Assembly (NCBI GenBank): GCA_050249455.1
Contig: JBFWQM010000003.1
Span: 10,383-74,382 of the forward strand
Source: Rhodospirillaceae bacterium
GTDB taxonomy: Bacteria; Pseudomonadota; Alphaproteobacteria; MPNO01; VGEU01
Direction: 5' to 3'
DNA: 64,000 bases
Shown: in pieces, positions 1 through 9,736 of the stretch
Layout of the letters: each line of letters starts with the position of its first letter
Numbering within the stretch: position 1 is the stretch's first letter
Notes under the pieces: model-generated
Database searches by the model: none
Seen by the model: only the letters and a program-made list of their open reading frames with translations
Told to the model about the DNA's origin: nothing
Translations under genes and position numbers: made by a program

Positions 1-1
1 G

Positions 2-982
2 GAGGAGGCCTACGAGCTTGGCCTGGTCCCCGGCTTCGCGTTCGACACCCCGGTGCTGCGCTTCACCTACAGCTCGATGGCGACGCCGCAGCAGGTGTTC
101 GACTACGACATGCGCGACCGCACGCGCACCTTGCGCAAGATGCAGGAGGTGCCGTCGGGCCACGATCCGGCGCGCTACGCCGTGCGGCGGTTCCATGCCC
201 CGAGCCACGACGGGACGCCGGTGCCGGTGTCCGTCGTCCACCGGCGCGACCTGTCTGCGGCGGGCGGCGCGCCGCTGCTGCTCTACGGCTATGGCTCCTA
301 CGGGGCGTCGATCCCGGCGGGCTTTGCGCCCAACCGGCTGTCGCTGGTCGACCGCGGCTTCGTCTACGCGATCGCCCACCCGCGCGGCGGGTCCGACCTC
401 GGCCGGCGCTGGTACGAGGACGGCAAGCTGCTGCACAAGAAGAACACCTTCCGCGACTACATCGCCTGCGCCGAGTACCTCGCCGCGTCGGGCCTGGTCG
501 ACCGCGCGCGCGTCGTCGGCCACGGCGGCAGCGCCGGCGGCATGCTGATGGGCGCGGTCGCCAACCTGCGCCCCGACCTGTTCCGCGCGCTGGTGGCGGA
601 GGTGCCGTTCGTCGACGTGCTCAACACGATGAGCGACGCGACACTGCCGCTCACGCCGCCGGAATGGTTCGAGTGGGGCAACCCGATCGAAGACGCGGAG
701 GCGTTCCGCTACATCGCCTCCTATTCGCCCTACGACAACGTGTCGGCGCAGGCCTATCCCGACATCCTGGCGACCGGCGGGCTGACCGACCCGCGGGTGA
801 CCTACTGGGAGCCGGCGAAGTGGGTGGCGCGGCTGCGCGCCGCCACGACCGGGCCGGGCCGGATCCTGCTCCAGACCAACATGAGCGCCGGCCACGGCGG
901 CGCCGCGGGCCGCTACGACAAGCTGGAGGAGGTGGCGCGGGTCTACGCCTTCGTGCTGATGGTTTGCGGGATGGCGGGGTAG
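2..982 (+). CDS. ptrB: Oligopeptidase B / S9 family peptidase (5'-truncated at window edge)
   Basis: Frame open from position 2; YGYGSYG, RGG, catalytic GGSAGG, DPRV and AGH motifs; VPFVDVLNTM.D.TLPLT..EW.EWGNP signature. Confidence 0.93.
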   Translation, partial: EEAYELGLVPGFAFDTPVLRFTYSSMATPQQVFDYDMRDRTRTLRKMQEVPSGHDPARYAVRRFHAPSHDGTPVPVSVVHRRDLSAAGGAPLLLYGYGSYGASIPAGFAPNRLSLVDRGFVYAIAHPRGGSDLGRRWYEDGKLLHKKNTFRDYIACAEYLAASGLVDRARVVGHGGSAGGMLMGAVANLRPDLFRALVAEVPFVDVLNTMSDATLPLTPPEWFEWGNPIEDAEAFRYIASYSPYDNVSAQAYPDILATGGLTDPRVTYWEPAKWVARLRAATTGPGRILLQTNMSAGHGGAAGRYDKLEEVARVYAFVLMVCGMAG

Positions 983-1010
983 GGGGCGCCTCAACCGGAC
1001 GCTGCCGCCT

Positions 1011-1436
1011 TCAATCCTCCGCCCCGACCGGCCCGCGCGCGGACTTGGTGCGGCTGCGGCGCTGCTTGGCCTCGAGGCGCGACTGGACGGCGCGGCGCGG
1101 CGTGCCGGTGGGGATGCGCCGGCGCGGCGCGACGGCGACGCCGCGGATCAGGCCGCACAGCCGCTCGACGGCGTCCTCGCGGTTGCGTTCCTGGGTGCGG
1201 AAGCGGTGCGCCTGGATGACCAGGACCCCCTCATTGCTGATGCGCTTGCCGGCGGCGCGGACCAGGCGCGCCTGCACCGGCGGCGGCAGCGACGAATTGG
1301 CCACGTCGAAGCGGAGCTGCACGGCGGTCGCCACCTTGTTGACGTTCTGCCCGCCGGGACCGCCGGCGCGAATGAAATGGAACTCGATCTCGGAGTCGTC
1401 GATCGAGAGCGAAGGCGTGATCTGGATCCTGGACAT
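1011..1436 (-). CDS. arfB: Alternative ribosome rescue factor B (peptidyl-tRNA hydrolase)
   Basis: GPGGQNVNKV motif, RTQERNR, basic C-terminal tail. Confidence 0.95.
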   Translation of the reverse strand: MSRIQITPSLSIDDSEIEFHFIRAGGPGGQNVNKVATAVQLRFDVANSSLPPPVQARLVRAAGKRISNEGVLVIQAHRFRTQERNREDAVERLCGLIRGVAVAPRRRIPTGTPRRAVQSRLEAKQRRSRTKSARGPVGAED

Positions 1437-1475
1437 GACGCTGTGGCTGGAAGGGCGCGGCCGGCGCCGGCCAGC

Positions 1476-3773
1476 TTAGCGCGCGGCGCGGATCGCGCGC
1501 CACACCGTCTCCGGCGTCGCCGGCATGTCGATGTGCGTGACGCCGAGCGGGGCCAGGGCATCGAGCACCGCGTTGACCAGCGCCGGCGGCGCCCCGACCG
1601 TGCCGCCTTCGCCGGCGCCCTTGACGCCGAGCGGGTTGGTTTTGGTCAGGGTCACCGTGTGCTCGGCGACGAACGAGGGCAGGTCGTCGGCGCGCGGCAG
1701 CGCGTAGTCCATGTAGGAGCCGGTCAGCGGCTGGCCGTCGCCGTCGTGGACCACGCGCTCCAGCAGCGCCTGGCCGAGGCCCTGGACCACCGAGCCGACG
1801 GCCTGGCCGTGCACCACCGGCGGGTTCACGATGCGCCCGACGTCGTCCACCATCGTGTAGCGGTCGATCGCCACGGCGCCGGTCTCCGGGTCGACCTCCA
1901 CCTCGCAGACGTGGCAGCCGTTGGGGAACGTGAACTCGGGGATCTCGTGCATCGTGGCGGCGGCCAGCGGCTGGCGGTTCGCAAGCTCGAACAGGCCGAT
2001 GCCGCGGTCGGTGCCGGCGACGGTGAAGCGGCCGGCGGCGTAGACGACGTCGGCGGCCGCGGCCTCCAGCGCCTGCGCCGCCGCCTGGCGGCCAGCCTCG
2101 ATCACCATCCCGCCTGCCTTCCACGCCGCCGACCCGCCCTTGATCATCGAGCGCGAGGCGAAGGTGCCGATGCCGCTGGCCACCCGGTCGGTGTCGCCGG
2201 CGACCACGCGCACGGCGTCCATCGGCAATTCCAGCGCGTCGGCCACCACCTGGGCGAACGTCGTCTCGTGCGCCTGGCCGGACGACTGGCTGCCGGTGGC
2301 GAGCTCGACGATGCCCGCCGGGTCGACGGAAACTTTGGCATATTCCGGCGGCACGCCGCCGGCGCCCTCGAACGCATGGACGATGCCGAGGCCGCGCAGC
2401 CGGCCGCACTTCCCGGCCGCGGCGCGGCGCGCCGCGAAGCCGGCGACGTCGGCCAGCGCGACGGCGCGGTCCTGGTTGCGCGCGAAGTCGCCGCAGTCGT
2501 AGACCGCGCCGGTCGGCGTCGTGTAGGGCATCGCCGATGCCGGCACCAGGTTGCGGCGGCGCAAGGCGGCGCGGTCGATCCCGGTCGCCGCCGCCGCGCG
2601 GTCGATCAGCCGCTCCATGATGTAGATCGCCTCGGCCCGGCCGACGCCGCGATAGACGTTGACCGGGGTGGTGTTGGTGAACACGGCGGTCATCGCGAAG
2701 TGGATCGCCGGCGTCGCATAGACGCTTGCCACCATGCGGGTCATGTTCTGGTAGGCGGAGAACGGCGCCCCGGTCGAGACATAGGCGCCGATGTTCCACG
2801 TGGTGCGCACGCGCAGGCCGGCGAACCGGCCGTCGGCGTCCAGCGCGAGCGATCCTTCCGTGACGTGGTCGCGCGCCTGCAGGTCGCACAGGAACGCCTC
2901 TGAGCGGCTGGCGCACCAGCGCACCGCCCGGCCGAGGCGGCGCGCCGCCCAGGCGACGACGGCATGCTCCGGATAGGCGAACAGACGCGAGCCGAAGCCG
3001 CCGCCGACGTCCTCGGTGATCGCGCGGACGCGGTCCTCGGGCAGCCCGAGGGTGGCGGCGATCAGCGCCGCCTGCTGGTGGACGCTCTGGGTGCCGGCGC
3101 GCAGCACCAGGCGGCCGTCCACCGGATCGACCGCGGCGACCACGGCCCGCGGCTCCAGGAACGAGGTCACCAGACGGTTGTTGACGACGGTCAGCGAGAT
3201 GACGTGCGCGGCGCGGTCGAAGGCGGCGTCGGTCGCGGCGCGGTCGCCGGCCTGCCAGTCGAAACAGCGGTTGCGCGGCGCGTCGGGCCACAGCTGCGGC
3301 GCCGTCGCGTGCCCCGCGTCGGCGGTCGCGGTGACGGCGGGCAGCGGGTCATAGGCCACGCTGACCGCCTCCGCCGCGTCCTGCGCCGCGGCTGCGGTGT
3401 CGGCGACGACGACGGCGACCGCTTCGCCGGCGTGGCGCACGCGGTCGCGGGCGAGGGGGTAGAACGGCGGGTCGGCCATCGGCGTGCCGTCGCCGTTGCG
3501 GAAGTCGCCGCCGCGCTCGCGGATCAGGGTCGGGATCGGCCGGACGCCGTCGGCCTCGAGGTCGGCGGCGGCGAAGACGCCGATGATGCCGGGCATCGCC
3601 CGCGCGGCGGCGGTGTCGATGCGTTCCACCGCCGCATGGGCGTAGGGCGCGCGGACGAACGCGGCATGCGCCTCGCCGTCGATCGCGATGTCGTCGGTGA
3701 ACCGGCCGCGGCCGGTCAGGAGGCGCTCGTCCTCGCGCCGCGGGACGCCGCGGCCGATGACGGGCGCCGTCAA
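1476..3773 (-). CDS. Xanthine dehydrogenase family / CoxL-like molybdopterin-binding large subunit
   Basis: RREDERLLTG.G.F.DD N-terminus, VGGGFG, YRGVGR loop, GQAHET, GVKGAGE; TTG start inferred overlapping the slt stop (TTGA). Confidence 0.88.
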   Translation of the reverse strand: MTAPVIGRGVPRREDERLLTGRGRFTDDIAIDGEAHAAFVRAPYAHAAVERIDTAAARAMPGIIGVFAAADLEADGVRPIPTLIRERGGDFRNGDGTPMADPPFYPLARDRVRHAGEAVAVVVADTAAAAQDAAEAVSVAYDPLPAVTATADAGHATAPQLWPDAPRNRCFDWQAGDRAATDAAFDRAAHVISLTVVNNRLVTSFLEPRAVVAAVDPVDGRLVLRAGTQSVHQQAALIAATLGLPEDRVRAITEDVGGGFGSRLFAYPEHAVVAWAARRLGRAVRWCASRSEAFLCDLQARDHVTEGSLALDADGRFAGLRVRTTWNIGAYVSTGAPFSAYQNMTRMVASVYATPAIHFAMTAVFTNTTPVNVYRGVGRAEAIYIMERLIDRAAAATGIDRAALRRRNLVPASAMPYTTPTGAVYDCGDFARNQDRAVALADVAGFAARRAAAGKCGRLRGLGIVHAFEGAGGVPPEYAKVSVDPAGIVELATGSQSSGQAHETTFAQVVADALELPMDAVRVVAGDTDRVASGIGTFASRSMIKGGSAAWKAGGMVIEAGRQAAAQALEAAAADVVYAAGRFTVAGTDRGIGLFELANRQPLAAATMHEIPEFTFPNGCHVCEVEVDPETGAVAIDRYTMVDDVGRIVNPPVVHGQAVGSVVQGLGQALLERVVHDGDGQPLTGSYMDYALPRADDLPSFVAEHTVTLTKTNPLGVKGAGEGGTVGAPPALVNAVLDALAPLGVTHIDMPATPETVWRAIRAAR

Positions 3774-5851
3774 CGCGTCGGGTCCTCGAACAGGGTCGAG
3801 GCGACCTGCGGGCGGCCCAGCCGGCGCTCGTAGACGGAGTGGTTCTCGAACACGCGCTGCACGTAGTTGCGCGTCTCGTTGTAGGGGATCAGCTCGATCC
3901 AGTCGATCTTGTCCACCCGGTCGGAGCGCGGGTCGCCGTAGGTGCGGATCCACTTGTTCACGTTGCCGGGCCCGGCGTTATAGGCGGCGAAGGCGAGGAT
4001 GCGCGAGCCCGAGTACATGTCGAGCATGTGGGCCAGATAGGCGCGGCCGAGGCTGACGTTGTACTCCCAGTCGGCGGTCAGCCGTGCCGGGACGTAGGGG
4101 ACGCCGATCCGCTTGGCCATGTCCTTCGCGGTGCCGGGCATCAGCTGCATCAGCCCCATCGCGCCGGCCGGGCTGAGGGCATCGACGCGGAAGTTGCTCT
4201 CCTGGCGGGCGACCGACAGCACCATGGCGCGGTCGGGCGCGTCGGCCGACTGGATCACCGGGAAGCCGGACTCGGGCAGCGAGTAGCCGTTGCGGTTGGC
4301 GCGGCGGCTGACCATGACCGACAGGTCCGGCCGGCCCTGCGCCAGCGCCAGCCGCGCCGTCAACGCGTAGTGCGACGGGTGCGTCGAGGCTTCCGCGAGG
4401 CTGATGTAGAAGATGCGCAGCAGGGTCTCCTCGCGCAGCCCATGCAGCAGCTTCACGGCATGCACGAGGTCGAGGTTGTTGAACGCCCGCGTCTCGGCCT
4501 GGGTCGGCACCGGCTCGCGCATGTCGAGCCGCCGCGAGCCCTCGCGGTCGTGCCCGGCGGCAAGCTGGCCGTAGTAGTTCGTGTGGTACTGCGCCGCCTC
4601 GCGGTACCAGCCGAGCGCCCGGTTGGGGTCGTTCAGCGCTTCGGCGCCGCGGCCCGCCCAGTAGGCGGCGCGCGCCCGCCCGCCGGGCGTCTCGGCCGCG
4701 TCGTGGGCGCGCTCGAAGTGGCCCATCGCCGTGCGCGGGTCGTTGGCGAAGCGCAGCGCGATCCAGCCGGCCAGCCATTCGGCGTCTGCGCGGTCGCCGC
4801 TCAGCGGCAGGCCGTGGTTGCGCACCACGGCGTAGGCGTCGCGCGCCTGGCCGCGGCCGATCAGGCGGCGGGCGATCAGCTGGCGCTCGTTCCACCATAG
4901 GTCGGGGCGGACAAGGTCGCGCGGCGGGTGCTTGAGGATCTCGGCCGCCGCCTCGTCGTTGTCGCGCCGGCGGTGCCAGCGCATCAGCTCGAACTGCAGG
5001 CCGGCGTCGTTGCGCAGGCTGGCGGGCACGCGGGCCGCGAGGTCGTCGCCCGAAGACGACTGGCGGCGCAACTGGATGCGGGCCTGCATCAGCGCGCGGT
5101 GGGCCGGATCGACCAGCCGCTGCATCCGTTCGGCCGCCTGCTCCTGGCCGTCCCACAGCAGCCGGTCCAGGCGCGCGGCGTGGTCCTGGGGCGTCAGCAG
5201 GCTCAGGTGCCGCACTTCGAAGCGGTCCTGGTCCGCCGGCGTGAAGTCGCCATCGACCCAGGCGCGGCGGATCTGGGCGACGCCCCGGGCGCGGTCGCCG
5301 AGTGCCAGGTAGGCCTCGCCCAGCAGCCGGCGGCCGTTGCCGGTCACCGGCTCTCGGTCGGCGAACCAGGCGACAATGCGGTCGGGCGGGGTGGCGCCGT
5401 CGATCGCGTCCTCGGCCCGGCGCTGCAGCACGCCCTGGCGCGGCCACGCCGGGTTCTCGTCGATGAACCGGGCCAACGTCTCGAAGCTGTGGCCGGCGCC
5501 GGCGCGGGTCAGCGACGCCCAGTAGTTGATCTTCGCCGCGACCGGGTCGTTCGAGTTCGCCAGCGAGCCGGGGCTGCGCACCGGCGCGGGCTGCGGCCGC
5601 TGCGCCTCGTGCCTGACCTTGGCGTCCTTGCGCGCCTGCGCCTTGGTCGCCGGCTTGGTCTTGGCGGGGGTCGGCTTGGCCGCAGCGGCGCGCGGCGGCG
5701 CGGGCTTCGCCTGCGGCGTCGGCGGCTTGGCCTGGGTGCGCTGCGCGGCGGCGCGCTCGGCCGGCGTCTTCGCGGTCTGCGCCGCGACCGGGATGCCCGC
5801 AAAGAGCACGGCCGCCGCGAGCGCGACGCTCAGGATGCCTCTTGCCACCAT
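3770..5851 (-). CDS. slt: Soluble lytic murein transglycosylase (Slt70-like)
   Basis: Signal peptide, Pro/Ala/Lys-rich linker, helical repeats, RQES, GAMGLMQLMP, AYNAG and ETRNYV motifs; ATG at 5851 chosen. Confidence 0.92.
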   Translation of the reverse strand: MVARGILSVALAAAVLFAGIPVAAQTAKTPAERAAAQRTQAKPPTPQAKPAPPRAAAAKPTPAKTKPATKAQARKDAKVRHEAQRPQPAPVRSPGSLANSNDPVAAKINYWASLTRAGAGHSFETLARFIDENPAWPRQGVLQRRAEDAIDGATPPDRIVAWFADREPVTGNGRRLLGEAYLALGDRARGVAQIRRAWVDGDFTPADQDRFEVRHLSLLTPQDHAARLDRLLWDGQEQAAERMQRLVDPAHRALMQARIQLRRQSSSGDDLAARVPASLRNDAGLQFELMRWHRRRDNDEAAAEILKHPPRDLVRPDLWWNERQLIARRLIGRGQARDAYAVVRNHGLPLSGDRADAEWLAGWIALRFANDPRTAMGHFERAHDAAETPGGRARAAYWAGRGAEALNDPNRALGWYREAAQYHTNYYGQLAAGHDREGSRRLDMREPVPTQAETRAFNNLDLVHAVKLLHGLREETLLRIFYISLAEASTHPSHYALTARLALAQGRPDLSVMVSRRANRNGYSLPESGFPVIQSADAPDRAMVLSVARQESNFRVDALSPAGAMGLMQLMPGTAKDMAKRIGVPYVPARLTADWEYNVSLGRAYLAHMLDMYSGSRILAFAAYNAGPGNVNKWIRTYGDPRSDRVDKIDWIELIPYNETRNYVQRVFENHSVYERRLGRPQVASTLFEDPTR

Positions 5852-5948
5852 GCGGACGCCGATCGCTGGATGTTCGGAAGGCGGCATCTTACGAGAATCG
5901 TTGCCGAACGTAACCATCGCGCTGCGCCCCCGCCGCCGGCTGCCAGCC

Positions 5949-5977
5949 TTGCCCGGTCCAGCCTGTCGGTCTAATGT
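5949..5977 (+). promoter_or_regulatory. Putative sigma-70 promoter for dapA-smpB
   Basis: TTGCCC-N17-TAATGT about 50 nt upstream of the dapA ATG. Confidence 0.5.
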
Positions 5978-6029
5978 GAGAACACAGCGTTAAATTCCGG
6001 TAACCGGCCAGCCACGACGGGGACGCACC

Positions 6030-6905
6030 ATGTTCAAGGGCTCCATCTGCGCGCTCATCACGCCCTTCCGCAACGGCGCCGTCGACGAGAAGGCGTTCGA
6101 GGCGTTCGTGGACTGGCAGATCGAGCAGGGAACCCACGGCATCGTGCCGTGCGGCACCACCGGCGAGTCGCCGACCCTGAGCCACGACGAGCACATGCGG
6201 GTCACCGAGGTCTGCATCGCGGTGGCGCGCGGCCGCGTGCCGGTGATCGCCGGCACCGGCTCGAACTCGACCGCGGAGGCGATCGCGCTGACCCGCCACG
6301 CCAAGGAGGCCGGCGCCGACGCCGCGCTGGTGGTGACCCCCTATTACAACAAGCCGACCCAGGAAGGGCTCTACCAGCACTTCAAGGCGATCAACGACGC
6401 CGTTGATCTGCCGATCATCATCTACAACATTCCGGCCCGCTGCATCGTCGATATGACGGTCGAGACGATGGCGCGGCTGGCCAAGCTGCCCAACATCGTC
6501 GGCGTCAAGGACGCGACCGCCGACGTCAGCCGGGCGACCAAGCAGCAGATCGCGTGCGGGCCGAAGTTCTGCCAGCTGTCGGGGGAAGACGTGACCCAGC
6601 TCGGCTTCCTCAGCCAGGGCGGCGACGGCTGCATCTCGGTCACCGCCAACGTCGCGCCGCGCGCTATGGCGGACATGCACGAGGCGTGGCAGGGCGGCAA
6701 CGTCAAGGCGGCGCAGGCGATCAACGCCCGCCTGATGCCGCTGCACGAGGCGCTGTTCGTCGAGACCAGCCCGGCGCCGGTGAAGTACGCCGCGAGCCTG
6801 CTCGGCAAGTGCACCTCGGAAGTCCGGCTGCCGATGGTCGACCCCCGCGACGCCACCAAGGACCGCGTGCAGACCGCGATGCGGGCGGCCGGCGTCCTGA
6901 ACTGA
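6030..6905 (+). CDS. dapA: 4-hydroxy-tetrahydrodipicolinate synthase
   Basis: [27 protein letters not shown] (Schiff-base Lys). Confidence 0.97.
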   Translation: MFKGSICALITPFRNGAVDEKAFEAFVDWQIEQGTHGIVPCGTTGESPTLSHDEHMRVTEVCIAVARGRVPVIAGTGSNSTAEAIALTRHAKEAGADAALVVTPYYNKPTQEGLYQHFKAINDAVDLPIIIYNIPARCIVDMTVETMARLAKLPNIVGVKDATADVSRATKQQIACGPKFCQLSGEDVTQLGFLSQGGDGCISVTANVAPRAMADMHEAWQGGNVKAAQAINARLMPLHEALFVETSPAPVKYAASLLGKCTSEVRLPMVDPRDATKDRVQTAMRAAGVLN

Positions 6906-6914
6906 CCGGGCTCC

Positions 6915-7379
6915 ATGGTTGAGTCGGCCGAGCGCATTGCGGCGCAGAACCGCAAGGCGCGCCACGACTATGCGGTCGAGGAGACGCTCGAAGCCGGCAT
7001 CATGCTGACCGGCAGCGAGGTCAAGTCGCTGCGCGACGGCCGGGCCAACATCAACGACGCCTATGCGGCGGAGAAGGGCGGTGAGATCTTTCTGCTCAAC
7101 GCCCATATCCCCGAATACGTCCAGGCCGGACCGTTCGGCCACGAGCCGCGGCGGGCGCGCAAGCTTCTGCTGCACGCCCGCCAGATCCTGAAGCTGGCCG
7201 CGGCGGTGCAGCGCGAGGGGATGACGCTGATCCCGCTCAAGATCTATTTCAACGAGCGCGGACGGGCCAAGGTCGAGCTCGGACTCGCCCGCGGCAAGAA
7301 GAAGGCCGACCGCCGCGAGACCATCAAGGAGCGCGACTGGGGCCGCCAGAAGTCGCGGCTGATGCGCGAGAAGGGGTGA
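6915..7379 (+). CDS. smpB: SsrA-binding protein
   Basis: [36 protein letters not shown]. Confidence 0.97.
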   Translation: MVESAERIAAQNRKARHDYAVEETLEAGIMLTGSEVKSLRDGRANINDAYAAEKGGEIFLLNAHIPEYVQAGPFGHEPRRARKLLLHARQILKLAAAVQREGMTLIPLKIYFNERGRAKVELGLARGKKKADRRETIKERDWGRQKSRLMREKG

Positions 7380-7381
7380 GC

Positions 7382-8044
7382 ATGAGCGACGACGATGCCG
7401 GCCGTTTCCGCGAAAAGCTGGTCGCCCGCAAGCAGGAATGGGCGCGCGACGGACGGCTGCTGACCGGAAAGGCGGACGCCGGCCGCTCCGCCGACCGTCT
7501 GCCGCCGGGGCAGCGCGAGGTCAAGAACTGGCCGGTGCTCGATCTCGGCGTGCAGCCGAACGTCGATCGCGCCAAGTGGAAGCTGACGGTGGACGGCGAG
7601 GTGGCCAACCCGTTCGTGTGGGACTGGGAGACCTTCCTGGCCCAGCCGCAGGTCTCCATGACCTCCGACATCCATTGCGTCACCGGCTGGTCGCGCTACG
7701 ACAACGGCTGGACCGGGGTCCACGTCGAGCACATCCTGGCGACGGCCGACCCTAGGCCGGCCGCCCGCCATTGCGTCTTCCACAGCCACGACGGCTACAC
7801 CACCAACGTCCGCCTCGACCATTTCGCAGACGAGGACGTGATGCTCGCTCACAGCTGGCAGGGCGAGCTGCTGACCCGCGAGCACGGCGGCCCGGTCCGG
7901 GTGGTGATCCCCAAGTGGTACTTCTGGAAGTCTGCCAAGTGGATCCGCCGCATCGAGTTCGTCGCCGAGGACCGCCCCGGGTTCTGGGAAGTACGCGGCT
8001 ACCACAACGAGGGCGACCCGTGGCTGGAGGACCGCTACTCCTGA
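7382..8044 (+). CDS. Sulfite-oxidase-like molybdopterin-dependent oxidoreductase (YuiH-like)
   Basis: RLPPGQ, DIHCVTGWS (Mo-ligating Cys), EHGGPVR, YFWKSAKW, GFWE.RGYH..GDPW. Confidence 0.88.
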   Translation: MSDDDAGRFREKLVARKQEWARDGRLLTGKADAGRSADRLPPGQREVKNWPVLDLGVQPNVDRAKWKLTVDGEVANPFVWDWETFLAQPQVSMTSDIHCVTGWSRYDNGWTGVHVEHILATADPRPAARHCVFHSHDGYTTNVRLDHFADEDVMLAHSWQGELLTREHGGPVRVVIPKWYFWKSAKWIRRIEFVAEDRPGFWEVRGYHNEGDPWLEDRYS

Positions 8045-8089
8045 ATCCCGCGGGCGCCCGAAGACATCTCGATCCCGAAAGGAAGTGCG

Positions 8090-8569
8090 ATGGCGTCACC
8101 TGATTTCGAATTCAAAACGATCGACGGCGGCGACATGAAGCTGTCGTCGCTGCGCGGAAAGGCGGTGCTGGTGGTCAACACCGCCTCGCAATGCGGCCTG
8201 ACCCCGCAATACGCCGGGCTGCAGAAGCTCTACGAGGCCTACAAGGACAAAGGGCTGGTCGTGCTCGGCGTGCCGTCCAACGATTTCGGCGCCCAGGAGC
8301 CGGGGACCGAGGCCGAGATCAAGGGCTTCTGCGACACCCGCTACCGCGTGACCTTCCCGATGACGGCGAAATACCCGGTCACCGGCGCCGCCGCGCACCC
8401 GTTCTACAAATGGGCCGCCGGCGAGACCGGGGAGGCCGGCGCGCCGCAGTGGAACTTCCACAAGTACCTGGTCGGCCCCGACGGCAGCCTCGCCGGCGTG
8501 TTCGGCTCGCGCACCGCCCCGGACGACAAGGCGCTCGTCGCGGCGGTCGAGGCGGCGCTGCCGAAATAA
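8090..8569 (+). CDS. Glutathione peroxidase family protein (Cys type)
   Basis: VNTASQCGLTPQY, PSNDFGAQEP, WNFHKYLV. Confidence 0.93.
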   Translation: MASPDFEFKTIDGGDMKLSSLRGKAVLVVNTASQCGLTPQYAGLQKLYEAYKDKGLVVLGVPSNDFGAQEPGTEAEIKGFCDTRYRVTFPMTAKYPVTGAAAHPFYKWAAGETGEAGAPQWNFHKYLVGPDGSLAGVFGSRTAPDDKALVAAVEAALPK

Positions 8570-8660
8570 TCTGGCCGCGAAGCGCGAGGTCATCGAGGCG
8601 CGCATGATCATCGCATTACGTTAAAAATACTCTATAACCATCTGATTTATAATCATTCTC

Positions 8661-8780
8661 CATGGCTGGGCTTGTCCCGGCCATCCAAGCTTTTTTGGCT
8701 GTTTTCAGTAGCCGTCCTGCGGCTTCAACTGAAACGACGGCAGGAAGAACACGTGGATGGCCGGGACAAGCCCGGCCATG
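8661..8780. repeat. Pair of inverted REP-like palindromic units
   Basis: CATGGCTGGGCTTGTCCCGGCCATCCA (8661-8687) and TGGATGGCCGGGACAAGCCCGGCCATG (8754-8780) are reverse complements at 26/27 positions; each arm is itself a hairpin. Confidence 0.8.
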
Positions 8781-8817
8781 ACGTATAAAAATCAATGCTC
8801 TAGCGGAAAGTTTTCCA

Positions 8818-9696
8818 TTAAGCCAGGAACCTCCGCACCAGCCCGATGAACACGTCGAACCGGTCGTGGTGGACCCAGTGGCCGGCCTTGTCGACCATCT
8901 CGACCCGGGCGTGCTTGAAGTGGGCGGCGCGGCCGTCCTCGGCGGGGTTGGTCGCCCAGCTTTCCTTGCCGTAGATCAGCAGGGTCGGGCAGGCGATCGA
9001 CGCCCACAGCCCCTGGATCTCAGGCACGGTGAGATCATAGGGCGGCAGAACGCGGAAATTGTTGTCGAATTTCCAACTGTAGGTGCCATCCTCGTTCTGG
9101 TTGACGCCATGCTCGGTGAGGTGCCGCGCCTGCGCGGGCGAAAGATGCGGGTTCTCCTCCTGCATCCGCTTGAAGGCGTCCTCGATGGTGGCGTAGCGGC
9201 GCGGCAGCCGACCGGCGAGCTTGCGGCTGTCCTCGACCCAGGCGCGCATGCGCTCGGCGGCGGTCTTGGTCGCCCGTTCGGCCAGGATCTTGGGCGACGG
9301 GCCGAGGCCCTCGATCGCCACGATCTGGCGCACGTTCTCCGGGAAGATGCCGGTGTAGCGCAGGCCGATGTTGCCGCCGAACGAGTGGGCGATGATCGAC
9401 ACCGGCGCCAGCCCGCGCTGGTGGATGAGCTGGGCGAGGTCGTAGATGAATGCCGCGTACCAGTAGTTGCCGTCGGCGGTCCACTGGCTGTCGCCGTGGC
9501 CGCGCAGGTCGGGCGCGATGATGTGCCAGTCGGCGCGCAGCGCCGCGACCGTCCAGTCCCACGCCCGGCAGTGGTCGCGCCCGCCGTGGATCAGCAGCAG
9601 CGGCGGCTTTCCGGGGTTGGGCCACTCGACGTAGTGCAGCCGCAGGCGCTGCGAGAAGAAGGTCCGCGAGGTAGGGCCTGGCAGGGTGTCGAGCAT
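8818..9696 (-). CDS. Alpha/beta hydrolase
   Basis: LIHGG, DLRGHGDS, nucleophile elbow AHSFGG, AGHWVHHD. Confidence 0.9.
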   Translation of the reverse strand: MLDTLPGPTSRTFFSQRLRLHYVEWPNPGKPPLLLIHGGRDHCRAWDWTVAALRADWHIIAPDLRGHGDSQWTADGNYWYAAFIYDLAQLIHQRGLAPVSIIAHSFGGNIGLRYTGIFPENVRQIVAIEGLGPSPKILAERATKTAAERMRAWVEDSRKLAGRLPRRYATIEDAFKRMQEENPHLSPAQARHLTEHGVNQNEDGTYSWKFDNNFRVLPPYDLTVPEIQGLWASIACPTLLIYGKESWATNPAEDGRAAHFKHARVEMVDKAGHWVHHDRFDVFIGLVRRFLA

Positions 9697-9736
9697 CGTT
9701 GTCCGTCCGGTCGCCGATGTCCGCCGGCGCCGCCGG

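Noticed and set aside
5560-5790. Repetitive Ala/Lys/Pro/Thr stretch in slt
   Set aside because: Low-complexity protein linker, not a DNA repeat array
6915-7400. tmRNA gene or integration site near smpB
   Set aside because: The next CDS begins immediately after smpB; no ssrA-like sequence or integrase is seen
8090-8569. Possible selenocysteine glutathione peroxidase
   Set aside because: The active-site codon is TGC (Cys); there is no in-frame TGA
8661-8780. CRISPR-like repeat
   Set aside because: Only two copies, inverted rather than direct, and no cas genes
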